Assembly: GCA_965214405.1 (NCBI GenBank)
Contig: OZ243956.1
Location: forward strand, 3,232,001 to 3,296,000
Length of the DNA stretch: 64,000 bases
Reading direction: 5' to 3'
Source of the DNA: Trueperaceae bacterium
Lineage (GTDB): Bacteria > Deinococcota > Deinococci > Deinococcales > Trueperaceae
Positions 18,329-26,645 of this stretch are shown here, piece by piece; positions within the stretch are counted from its first letter, which is position 1; every line of letters begins with the position of its first letter. The notes under the pieces were generated by a model. It searched no databases. It was not told the DNA's origin and saw nothing but the letters and a program-made list of their open reading frames with translations. The translations under genes and the position numbers were made by a program.

Positions 18329-19705
18329 CTATCCTGATGTGTTAGCCAGCGAGGGCAGCCAGGTCACGATCTCCGGAAAAATCACGATGAGGAGCAGCGC
18401 GAAAAGCTGAATGATGATAAAGGGAACGATGCCCTGATAGATGTGGGTGGTTTTAATCGACGGCGGCGCGACGCCTTTGAGGTAAAAGAGCGCGAAGCCG
18501 AAGGGCGGCGTCAAGAACGAGGCTTGCAGGTTCATGGCGATCAGCACGCCGAACCAGGTCATCATGTCCGCGCCGAAGTAGTTCCGCGCGATAGGCGCGA
18601 TAAAGGGCACGACGATAAAGGTGATTTCGATAAAGTCGATGAAAAAGCCCAGCAAAAAGATGACCAGCATGGTGAAAAAGACAAAGCCCCAGCGCCCGCC
18701 CGGCAGGTTGAGCAAAAACGAGTCGACGAGCTGCGGGCCGCGCAAGGCCGCGAATACCATGCTAAACGCCGTCGCGCCGACCAAAATGATAAAGACCATG
18801 CTGGTAAGCCTGACGGCCTGGTCCATCGTGTCGAGCAGGTTTCGCAGCGTGAGCCTGCGGTTAATGGCGGCTAAGATCATCGCGCCAATCGCGCCCATCG
18901 CGCCCGCCTCGGTGGGGGTGGCGAAGCCGAAGAAAATGGTGCCCAGCACGAGCAAGATGAGAAAAAGGGGCGGGATGAGGCTTTTGAGGACCCTGAGGAA
19001 AAGTTTGGAGCCGCTCAAGTTACGCGCTTCTAGCGGCATCGCAGGCGCTTCTTTGGGCCGCGCGAAGGCGACGAACACGACCCACAAGATAAACAGCCCC
19101 GCCAGCATAAAGCCCGGAATAAACGCGCCCAAGAAAAGCTGACCCACCGAGACGCCGATTTGATCGCCCAAAATAACCAGCACGATGGACGGCGGGATAA
19201 TCTGCCCCAGCGTGCCCGATGAGGCGATTACCCCCGTGGCGAGCGGTTTGCTGTAGTTGTACTTGAGCATGACGGGCAGCGCCAACACCCCCATCGTCAC
19301 CACCGACGCGCCGACGACGCCCGTCGAGGCGGCCAGAAGCGCGCCCACCGCCACCACCGAAATCGCCAGACCGCCCCGCAGGGAGCCGAAAAGCATCCCC
19401 ATCGTTTCCAAAAGTTCTTCGGCCAGCCCCGACTTTTCCAACATCACGCCCATAAAGACAAAAAACGGCACCGCGACGAGCGTGTAGTTGTCCATAATGG
19501 TGCCGAAAATTCGCTGCGGTAAGATGTTGAGACGCGCCAGGGGGAACGCGGGGTCCCAGGGGAGGTCGACGCCCCACATGGGCAGCAAGTTAGAGCCGAT
19601 AAGCGTAAAAAGCACTGCGGTGCCGCCCAGGCTAAAGGCCACCGGATAGCCGACGAGCAGCAGCAAAATAGCGGCGGCGAACATCCACAAGCTCAGGTAT
19701 TCCAC
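18329..19705 (-). CDS. dctM: TRAP transporter large permease
   Basis: GYPVAFSL, GTLGQIIPPS, ATPTEA, TPPFG. Many TM helices. Confidence 0.92.
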   Translation of the reverse strand: MEYLSLWMFAAAILLLLVGYPVAFSLGGTAVLFTLIGSNLLPMWGVDLPWDPAFPLARLNILPQRIFGTIMDNYTLVAVPFFVFMGVMLEKSGLAEELLETMGMLFGSLRGGLAISVVAVGALLAASTGVVGASVVTMGVLALPVMLKYNYSKPLATGVIASSGTLGQIIPPSIVLVILGDQIGVSVGQLFLGAFIPGFMLAGLFILWVVFVAFARPKEAPAMPLEARNLSGSKLFLRVLKSLIPPLFLILLVLGTIFFGFATPTEAGAMGAIGAMILAAINRRLTLRNLLDTMDQAVRLTSMVFIILVGATAFSMVFAALRGPQLVDSFLLNLPGGRWGFVFFTMLVIFLLGFFIDFIEITFIVVPFIAPIARNYFGADMMTWFGVLIAMNLQASFLTPPFGFALFYLKGVAPPSIKTTHIYQGIVPFIIIQLFALLLIVIFPEIVTWLPSLANTSG

Positions 19706-20268
19706 TACACCGCCTCCATCTGCTCGGTCACGCCCTCACCGGGATGTGGTCTGTTGCCGCGCAAAAAATCTATTTTCTTGATCACTTCGCTCAAGCCCTG
19801 CAAAATAAGGAGCGCGAACGCGATGATGATGACCGTTTTAATAGGGTAAACGGGAAGATTCGCCGCGTTGACATTAACCTCGCCCTGCCGCCACGAGCTC
19901 GCCACGTAGCTCTGCGACAAGTAAATGCCCAACGTGCAAAAGGGAATGAGAAAAATGAAGGTAAAAACAATATCGACCCAGGCCCTCACCCGCTCGCTAT
20001 AGGTCGTGTAAAGGATGTCCACCCGGACGTGCCCATCTTTTCTAAGCACGTAACCCGCGCCGAGAAGGAAAATAAGGTTATACGCGTAGGTCTGCAACGT
20101 GATGTAAATCGTGCCGCCCAACGACTCACCGATGGCGCGGCCCACGTAGCGCGTGACGACGTTGGTCGCGCCGATAAATACCATAAGAAGCGCGGTCCAG
20201 AACATCACGTAACCCAGCCAAGTGGTCACCGTGTCAACCGCTTTTGAGAAGCCCAAAAGAAACCTCAC
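19705..20268 (-). CDS. dctQ: TRAP transporter small permease
   Basis: HVRVDI motif, 4 TM helices. GTG start at 20268 after GGAG. Confidence 0.88.
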   Translation of the reverse strand: MRFLLGFSKAVDTVTTWLGYVMFWTALLMVFIGATNVVTRYVGRAIGESLGGTIYITLQTYAYNLIFLLGAGYVLRKDGHVRVDILYTTYSERVRAWVDIVFTFIFLIPFCTLGIYLSQSYVASSWRQGEVNVNAANLPVYPIKTVIIIAFALLILQGLSEVIKKIDFLRGNRPHPGEGVTEQMEAV

Positions 20269-20449
20269 GTGTCTCTCCCTCCGCACCTGACATTCCAAAA
20301 CCCCCAAAAGCCCCGGCGATGCGACGCCTGTGCTGCTACATCGACAACTCTGCTATTGTGTCTGCACCTTTGTAACGTTTGCCATCGTAACGTTTGCAGG
20401 GAGGAGGCGTCAATGCAGGAGGCCATCCAGGGGCCAGTAGAAGCAAAAG

Positions 20450-20481
20450 AAGAAGCCGAAGCGTTTCGCTCCGGCTTCTTT
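20450..20481. terminator. Intrinsic terminator hairpin
   Basis: AAGAAGCCG...CGGCTTCTTT downstream of the 20509-21060 gene. Confidence 0.65.
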
Positions 20482-20508
20482 ACGCAACTTGTTTAGGGTA
20501 TTGGCTTT

Positions 20509-21060
20509 TTAGTCGCTGTCGCCGCCCGTGCCGCCCGTCATGTCCATGTCGCCACCGGTCATGTCCATGCCACCGGTCATATCCATACCGCCCGTCATGT
20601 CCATGCCACCGGTCATGTCCATACCGCCCGTCACGCCCATGCCACCGGTCATGCCCATGCCGCCCGTCATACCGCCACCGAGGCTGGTAAGCATCGAACC
20701 CAAGGTGGTGAGTTGTTCGGCCTGATCAGAATCCGTCACCGTGGCCGCGGCGGCTGTGGTTTGCGCGCCTAAGCTAAGAAGAAGACTGTTGGCCTCTTCC
20801 ACGTTCATCGGATCGGCTTGCAACGCGGTCGCAAGTTGCCCGAGTTCATCCGCGACATCAGTTAACCCAGCGTCACTTAAGGTCGTCTGCCAGCCCTCGA
20901 TGTTGGCAAGAGCCGCGTCGAGCGGCAAGTTTTCGACGCCGCCCTCGAGCGCTTCAATGGTGCCTTCTAATGTCGGCGCTTCGCCGCCGGTTTGCGCCAT
21001 ACCCAGGGTCATGACGCCCATGATTGCTGCGATTCCTAAGATCTTGAGTGCATTCTTCAT
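20509..21060 (-). CDS. Secreted protein with a helical ~85-aa domain and a Met-rich (MDMTGG)n tail
   Basis: Sec signal MKNALKILGIAAIMGVMTLGMA-Q. 18-bp tandem repeats at the 3' end. Paralogous to 21391-22188. Confidence 0.8.
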   Translation of the reverse strand: MKNALKILGIAAIMGVMTLGMAQTGGEAPTLEGTIEALEGGVENLPLDAALANIEGWQTTLSDAGLTDVADELGQLATALQADPMNVEEANSLLLSLGAQTTAAAATVTDSDQAEQLTTLGSMLTSLGGGMTGGMGMTGGMGVTGGMDMTGGMDMTGGMDMTGGMDMTGGDMDMTGGTGGDSD

Positions 21061-21328
21061 TTTTTCCCTCTCCTCTTGCGTTTTGCTGTGTGTCTTGTGT
21101 TTCCTGATTGGCTTTAGCTCGAGAGCCTATACATGCCTTGCCTTGTGAACTTTTTTACTCCCTAGCTGCTTTCAGTGTAAGGAGAGATGAGCCCGCCTTG
21201 TGGTCTAAAACCTACAATGTTATCTTCCGAGTTCTCACGAGGCTACAGGGCTATGTTTTGCCTCGCCTCCGGTGCTCGCGTGACGTCTCACCGCTGGTCT
21301 CGCTTTTCACTTGGGGAGGTTCTGCGTG

Positions 21329-21354
21329 AAAAACCGGGGCAGAGCCCCGGTTTT
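21329..21354. terminator. Intrinsic terminator
   Basis: AAAAACCGGGGC-AGA-GCCCCGGTTTT. Confidence 0.75.
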
Positions 21355-21390
21355 GCGTGAGTGATATGAACTGTTACGTGTGAACGCGCG

Positions 21391-22188
21391 CTAGTTGCTG
21401 CCTCCCGTCGTACCTGCACCGCTACCTAGCTCGGTAAGAAATGCGCCCAAGCGCGCGAGTTGGGAGGACGTATCCTCGTCGGTGGCGTTGTCGGCCGCTG
21501 CGGTCGTCTGCGCGCCTAAGCTGAGGAGCAGGCCACCAACTTCATCCTGATCCACCGGATCGGCTTGCAACGCGGTCGCAAGTTGCCCGAGTTCATCCGC
21601 GACATCGGTTAACCCGGCGTCACTTAGGGTCGTCTGCCAGCCTTCAATGTTGCTGAGAGCTGCGTCTAGGGGTAAATTCTCAACACCGCCCTCGAGTGCT
21701 TCAATCGTGCTTTCCAGCGTCGGCGCTTCGCCCATACCGCCGGTCACCGCGCCACCGGTCATTGCGCCACCGGTCATCGCGCCGCCAGTCTCATCCAAAG
21801 TCAGCGCTTCCGCGCGGTTTTCCAGCTCTCCACCGCTGCTGATTTGCTGTTCTCCTAGAGCCTCGCCCCCGGTCATACCGCCCGTCATCGCCCCACCGCT
21901 CTCATCCAGGGTCAGCGCTTCGGCGCGGCTCTCGAGTTCACCGCCGCTGCTGATTTGCTGTTCCCCCAGACCTTCGCCGCCGGTCATGCCCATTTGCCCC
22001 TCGAGCTCTTCTATAAGCCTGCCTAACTGCTCATAAAGGTCGCGCAGTTCTTGCAAGGTTTGCTCGGACATGTTGTCCATCTGAGCCACCATGTCCGCCC
22101 CGCCCGTGGTGGCCCCGCCGGTCTGCGCGAAAGCGCCCGTCATAGAGGCCGCGAAAACGACGAAGAGTGTTTTTAGAAGTCTTTTCAT
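21391..22188 (-). CDS. Secreted protein with MTGG linkers, an internal 30-aa duplication and the same helical domain
   Basis: Signal MKRLLKTLFVVFAASMTGAFA-Q (ATG 22188 after GGGAG). GEQQISSGGELExRAEALTLDE twice. Confidence 0.8.
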   Translation of the reverse strand: MKRLLKTLFVVFAASMTGAFAQTGGATTGGADMVAQMDNMSEQTLQELRDLYEQLGRLIEELEGQMGMTGGEGLGEQQISSGGELESRAEALTLDESGGAMTGGMTGGEALGEQQISSGGELENRAEALTLDETGGAMTGGAMTGGAVTGGMGEAPTLESTIEALEGGVENLPLDAALSNIEGWQTTLSDAGLTDVADELGQLATALQADPVDQDEVGGLLLSLGAQTTAAADNATDEDTSSQLARLGAFLTELGSGAGTTGGSN

Positions 22189-22574
22189 ATTTTTCTCCCT
22201 TGGTTTGCTTTTCCGTAAGTCACACTTAGCGCTTTGGGTTCGTCCGCAGGTTACGAACAGGCCGAGTTTCGTGGTGAACTGCCTCTTAAGAATAAAAAAT
22301 GCCGGTTTTGATACATCCACACGCCGCCCCCTCCTCACTTCTTTTTGTCGCCCACCCATTCTAGGATGCGAGCGCCCCCCACCTTTATTCCCCATCTCAC
22401 AATCCCAACGCAAAACGGTGGCGGCTCGAGCCGCCCACACCTGACGCCCTGTCCTAGACGGTGAGGCGTCACGACAGAACCTCCTGGGAGGTCCAGGAGG
22501 TCTGAGGTATTTTCAATGTAGGTTGGTGTGCCGCGCCTTCCACTGGCCCTTCCACTGTCAATCTGGCGCGCCGC

Positions 22575-22638
22575 GAGGCTTCAGGATTTAGAGGCTTCAG
22601 GGTTTAGAGGTTTCAGAACTTGGAGGCCTCAAAATCTA
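22575..22638. repeat. 4 x 16-bp degenerate tandem repeat
   Basis: GAGGCTTCAGGATTTA / GAGGCTTCAGGGTTTA / GAGGTTTCAGAACTTG / GAGGCCTCAAAATCTA. Confidence 0.8.
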
Positions 22639-23121
22639 ATGGTTGCGCTCAAAAGCGCGTCGCAAGCTTCCGCTGTGGTTTTTGGCCTCGGTAAGGAACG
22701 TGTCAACGTCCGACACGCTTTGCGCCTTGAGGTCGCCCTCTCCCGGAAGGGTGAGGCCGAGCGCCTCGAGCTGCGTTTCGGCGCTGGCAACCGCCGCCGC
22801 GTCGCAAACGTCTAAGCTGTCGGTGCCGTCAACCAAGTCGGCCAAAAAGAGCACGGCGGTGTCGCGGTCCAAAGTTGCGCTGCCGATGGCGTCTTCCATG
22901 CGGAGGAGGACGCAAGTGGACAAAACGCCGGGCCGCTGCATTTCCCAAAGAAAGACTCTCGCGTTGTTCCGCTCTTCTTCCGCGGTTGTGCCCGCTACCT
23001 CGTGGCCTGTCAAGAGTTCGGCCATCGTCATGACCATGTGGGTGCTCGGGTCCGCGCTGGCAAAACTTGCCGAAGCGAGCAGCGCGAGCGCGGCGATGAA
23101 AACGCATTTGGCTAGGTGCAT
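22636..23121 (-). CDS. Hypothetical secreted protein
   Basis: Signal ...LLASASFASA-D. SD AAGGAG upstream. Confidence 0.65.
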   Translation of the reverse strand: MHLAKCVFIAALALLASASFASADPSTHMVMTMAELLTGHEVAGTTAEEERNNARVFLWEMQRPGVLSTCVLLRMEDAIGSATLDRDTAVLFLADLVDGTDSLDVCDAAAVASAETQLEALGLTLPGEGDLKAQSVSDVDTFLTEAKNHSGSLRRAFERNH

Positions 23122-23262
23122 AAACTCTCCTTTTTGAGTGTGGGTCGGAGGGGGGTCGAGTCCGGGTCTGTGGGTTAAGTCTAGGGCTGAGACGGGGGGA
23201 GATGGTGAGAGGGCTCGAGCCTTTTCTTAAGCCCTCCCTTAGATTGCCCGATTAGCGGCTGA

Positions 23263-26200
23263 TCAGTTGCCCCTGGGCGTGAGCAGCACGATTCTTCCGG
23301 CGACGCCCAGCGACTGCGGGCCAAAGTCCGCAATGTAGAGGTTGCCGCTACGCGTGTCTTCAACCAGATCGAGCGGTCCGTTAAAGCCGGTAAAGCCCGG
23401 AATGTTCGCCTCGGCCCCGGTCACGCGCTCGGTCACGCCGCCGTTACCGTCCAGCGAAAAGTATTGGATGTCCAACTCTTTGCTGTAGCGCACGTTCAAG
23501 AGTTTGCCCTTCAAGGCCCCGCCAAAGGTGTTGCTCGTGTACTCGATGACGCCGTTCGCCGAGGCGCTGTAGCCCGCGTCGAACACACCGCCCGCGTCGT
23601 AGTTGCGGTCGGGCTGGGTGCCTAGGGGGTAGTCGTCCATCTCGAAGATGGTCTTGGCGGCGGACACGTTGCCTGCGTTCAAGACCCATTCGCAGCGCGC
23701 CGGGTTGGGGTGACCGTAGTAGCGGCCTTCGGACACCCTAAAGAGGTAGTCGGTTTCTCTTTCGGAGTTGTTGGTGATGCCGGGAACACCCGTCCGGGTG
23801 TAAGCGCCGAAGCGGTTTTTGTCGAGGCGGTTTTGGCACGAGGCGGGCAGCGTGGCGGGCGTGGCGGGCGCGTTGCCGCCGTTGGCGGAGCCGTTGGTGG
23901 GGGTGTAGAGGTGGCCGTTGGAGTGCCACACCAGGTCGTACGCGTTGCGGATGCCGGAGGCGTAGATAGTCAAAGGCGCGTCTGCCGCAAAGGGATTGTA
24001 GGCGCCGCCTTCGTCGGTTTGCACGTTTAAGGGGAGGTTGGCGGGCAGTTTGGCGAGCTCGAGCTTGAGCACCGCGGCGCTTAAAAGCCGCTCCGGGCGC
24101 TCGCCCCAGGCCGCGTCGGGCGCGCCCATCGCGTTGTTGCTGCCCTGAGTAAAGTAGAGTGCGCCCTCGTCGCCGGGCCTAAAGGCGATGGAGTTGGTTT
24201 CGTGGTCGCGCACCGAGCGCGGCAAGCCCACGACGACGGCCTCGTACTTCCCTAAATCGGGGCCGCTCAAGCGGGCTAGTTTGCCCGTCCAGTCGTCCAC
24301 GTAGGGTCCCTTATAGGTCGGGTTGTCCGAAACCCAGAGGATGAGGTTGTCTGCGGTCGCCTTGGGGTCAAAGGTCAGACCGATGATGGTGCGGTCGGTG
24401 TCGCCGTTGGCGCTTCTCACTGCGCTGATGACCTCTTCTTGCGTCAGGCCGCCGTTGCTGCCGATGCGGTAGCGGTAGATGAGGCCGAAGGCGGTGCTCG
24501 CGTAGAGCTTGCCGTCCGGGCCGATGGTGACGCTCGTAAACTTTTGACCCGTATCGACGACGGTTTGGTCAAAGGCGATGGGTCCGGCGTTGGTGCTTAA
24601 GACGCCGGTGGTAAAGGTGCTTGCAAAGGGTACAAACGAGGCGCCGCTCCGGTCTTTCGCGCCGCTCTTGACCTCGAAGCGGTAGGCCGTGTTGGCGGCC
24701 AGCGGGAGTTCGCGGGCGTCGACCTTGAAAGAGAGCGTGTCCGCGCCGCCGCTCGTGTCCGGGGTGCCGCTCACCGGGGTGTTGTCGCTCAACCGGGTGA
24801 GCGTCACGTTGCCCCTAAGCGTCGACAAGTCCACGCCGCCGTTGGGAAGCCGCAAGCCTGCGGTCACCGTCGCGGTGTTGGGCGACACCCCGGTCGCGCC
24901 GCCCTCGGGGTCGACGGTCGTGACGTAAGGCCGCTGCGCGGCGCTAGCGTCTGCGCTTCTAATTTCTACATAATTAATTTTGCTGTTGAAGCCGCCTACC
25001 GGGTCGATGGTCAGCCTGCCGTCCGTAACGTTGACAGTGACCGTGCCGCGTCCAAACTCGTCTTTCGCGTTCGCCTGAAAGCGGGAGAGCGCGGGGACGC
25101 CCTCGACGTTGAGCGTGTGCTGGCTGTCATAGCCGTCCGTACCGGGCGCGTCGCCCGCGGCCACAGTCACCTGGTAACTGCCGTTGGGCAGCGCGTATTC
25201 CCAGTAAACCTCTTTGAGGAAGCCCCCAAATTGGGTGCAGCAGTCGCCGCGCTGAAGGTGGATGAGGGTGTCGAGTTCTTGGGGGACGCCTGCGCGGTTG
25301 CGGTCGCGCGCCGCGCCGGAGGCGTCGATGGGCGTACGGGTGCTCAGCTCGAGCCAGCCGTACGTCCCGCTGGCCTGAACGCCGTAAGGCTGACCGTGGT
25401 CTTTGATAAAGCCACCCGGAAGGGGCGCATCTTTGGTTTGAAAGTTGACCTTGACGTCCAGTTGCGGCTGGGGCTCACCCGGACCTCTGCCGAGAAGGTA
25501 CTTGGCCTCTAGGCCGCCGCTCGCTTGGGCAATCTTGACGTCGTTGAGGCGCAGGCTGGGGGCGGCGCAGGTGGGGTCGGCGGACGTGCCCAGGATGACG
25601 ACGCGGCTTGCCCCGGCTTTGTTGGCCCTCGAGCACACCTCGCCCGCGTTACCCTCTTCAGCGCCCCGCGTGACCTGGCTGGGGCCGTTGGCGACCGCGG
25701 CAAAAGAGAGCGTAAAGGAGAAGGGGAACGAAGCCGACTGGGAGGGGTTGTAAGGGAACTTGATGGCGAAACTCACGACGCCCTCTTCGCTGGCGTTAAG
25801 GGCTTGGCCTCCGGCGGCGCTGTGAACCGAGTAGCCGTACTCTAAAAGTGTGCCAAAGGCAAGCTCACTTTGCACCCCGGCCACTTGCGCGGCGCTAAAA
25901 CCCTGGAAGTCGGCCTCGTCCGCCTTGACGACCAAGCGCCCGCTGTTGTCCGCCATGCGGTGCGTCGGGAGGATGCTCCGCGCCAAAGCGGGGTCGGTGA
26001 CCGCCTGGTTACGCGCGTCTCTGAGTTCAGAAATCGCCGTACCCGCAATGGCACCGGACGTGCTCAGCGCGTAGAAGGAGAGGTTGTCAACTTTGACGTT
26101 GGAGGTGTTGCCGACCTTGAACGTGCCATAGAGATAGCGCACCCCGTCCTTGTCGGTCAAACCTTTAGAAAGCGGCGCAAAGGAAAACGCGCTGACGGTG

Positions 26201-26388
26201 GCTTGGGTTGACAGGTGAGAGGAAGAAGTAGAAAGCTCACCCGAGGCGGGGTCAACCTGAAAGGTCACGTCAACTTGACCGAGCACCCGCGGCGAAGCGT
26301 CTGGAGCAGGGGCAGGCGGCGTGGGACGGGAACGCCCGCAGGCGGTAAGCAGGAGAACGAGGGCTAAAAAGACGAGCAGTTTTTTCAT
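23263..26388 (-). CDS. Large lipoprotein: shared ~300-aa N-terminal domain, carbohydrate-binding-like module, Ig-like (SbsA/Big_5-like) domain, glucose/sorbosone dehydrogenase-like beta-propeller
   Basis: Lipobox LTAC. VKVNFQ...WEYALPNGSYQVTV module; FASTFTT Ig end; propeller motifs GPDGKLY, GIRNAYDL, YYGHPN. Confidence 0.8.
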   Translation of the reverse strand: MKKLLVFLALVLLLTACGRSRPTPPAPAPDASPRVLGQVDVTFQVDPASGELSTSSSHLSTQATVSAFSFAPLSKGLTDKDGVRYLYGTFKVGNTSNVKVDNLSFYALSTSGAIAGTAISELRDARNQAVTDPALARSILPTHRMADNSGRLVVKADEADFQGFSAAQVAGVQSELAFGTLLEYGYSVHSAAGGQALNASEEGVVSFAIKFPYNPSQSASFPFSFTLSFAAVANGPSQVTRGAEEGNAGEVCSRANKAGASRVVILGTSADPTCAAPSLRLNDVKIAQASGGLEAKYLLGRGPGEPQPQLDVKVNFQTKDAPLPGGFIKDHGQPYGVQASGTYGWLELSTRTPIDASGAARDRNRAGVPQELDTLIHLQRGDCCTQFGGFLKEVYWEYALPNGSYQVTVAAGDAPGTDGYDSQHTLNVEGVPALSRFQANAKDEFGRGTVTVNVTDGRLTIDPVGGFNSKINYVEIRSADASAAQRPYVTTVDPEGGATGVSPNTATVTAGLRLPNGGVDLSTLRGNVTLTRLSDNTPVSGTPDTSGGADTLSFKVDARELPLAANTAYRFEVKSGAKDRSGASFVPFASTFTTGVLSTNAGPIAFDQTVVDTGQKFTSVTIGPDGKLYASTAFGLIYRYRIGSNGGLTQEEVISAVRSANGDTDRTIIGLTFDPKATADNLILWVSDNPTYKGPYVDDWTGKLARLSGPDLGKYEAVVVGLPRSVRDHETNSIAFRPGDEGALYFTQGSNNAMGAPDAAWGERPERLLSAAVLKLELAKLPANLPLNVQTDEGGAYNPFAADAPLTIYASGIRNAYDLVWHSNGHLYTPTNGSANGGNAPATPATLPASCQNRLDKNRFGAYTRTGVPGITNNSERETDYLFRVSEGRYYGHPNPARCEWVLNAGNVSAAKTIFEMDDYPLGTQPDRNYDAGGVFDAGYSASANGVIEYTSNTFGGALKGKLLNVRYSKELDIQYFSLDGNGGVTERVTGAEANIPGFTGFNGPLDLVEDTRSGNLYIADFGPQSLGVAGRIVLLTPRGN

Positions 26389-26465
26389 AGAACGTCCAAA
26401 CCGGCAGGGGTGCCTAAGCGAGAGGGGTGGGTGGGCTGACGAGACATAGAACCTCCTGGAGAAGT
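26102..26465. repeat. Near-identical 364-bp direct repeat (copy 1; copy 2 at 30049-30412)
   Basis: Covers the leader plus the first ~95 codons of both lipoproteins. One mismatch seen by eye. Confidence 0.9.
26385..26447 (-). CDS. 20-aa leader ORF MSRQPTHPSRLGTPAGLDVL whose stop overlaps the lipoprotein ATG
   Basis: Strong SD CCAGGAGG-ttct-ATG. ATGA overlap at 26385-26388. Confidence 0.5.
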   Translation of the reverse strand: MSRQPTHPSRLGTPAGLDVL

Positions 26466-26473
26466 CTTGAGGT

Positions 26474-26506
26474 ATTGTGCTTGGGTGAGCGTTTCGTGAG
26501 CGTTCC
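26474..26506 (-). promoter_or_regulatory. Promoter with 11-bp-spaced direct repeat
   Basis: GGAACGCTCAC-GAAACGCTCAC-CCAAG-CACAAT. Recurs at 30420-30452, 32271-32302 and 32647-32678. Confidence 0.65.
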
Positions 26507-26513
26507 TTCGGGC

Positions 26514-26553
26514 AAAATAAAAGCGCCGCGCTAAAGGGTTTAGCGCGGCGCTT
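26514..26553 (-). terminator. Intrinsic terminator of the 26646-30335 gene
   Basis: AAGCGCCGCGCTAAA-GGG-TTTAGCGCGGCGCTT, with a T-tract on the minus strand. Confidence 0.8.
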
Positions 26554-26645
26554 GTGGACTGTGGGCGTTGTGGGCTCGAGCCCCCTGCTTATCTAAATCT
26601 GGGACTCGGTACCCTTTACTCGTAACTCGGTACTTTTCTTACGCG

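Noticed and set aside
22575..22638. Tandem repeats as a CRISPR array
   Set aside because: 16-bp units with no spacers and no cas genes. The same applies to the 14-bp repeats at 32091 and the coding repeats near 20520 and 61525.
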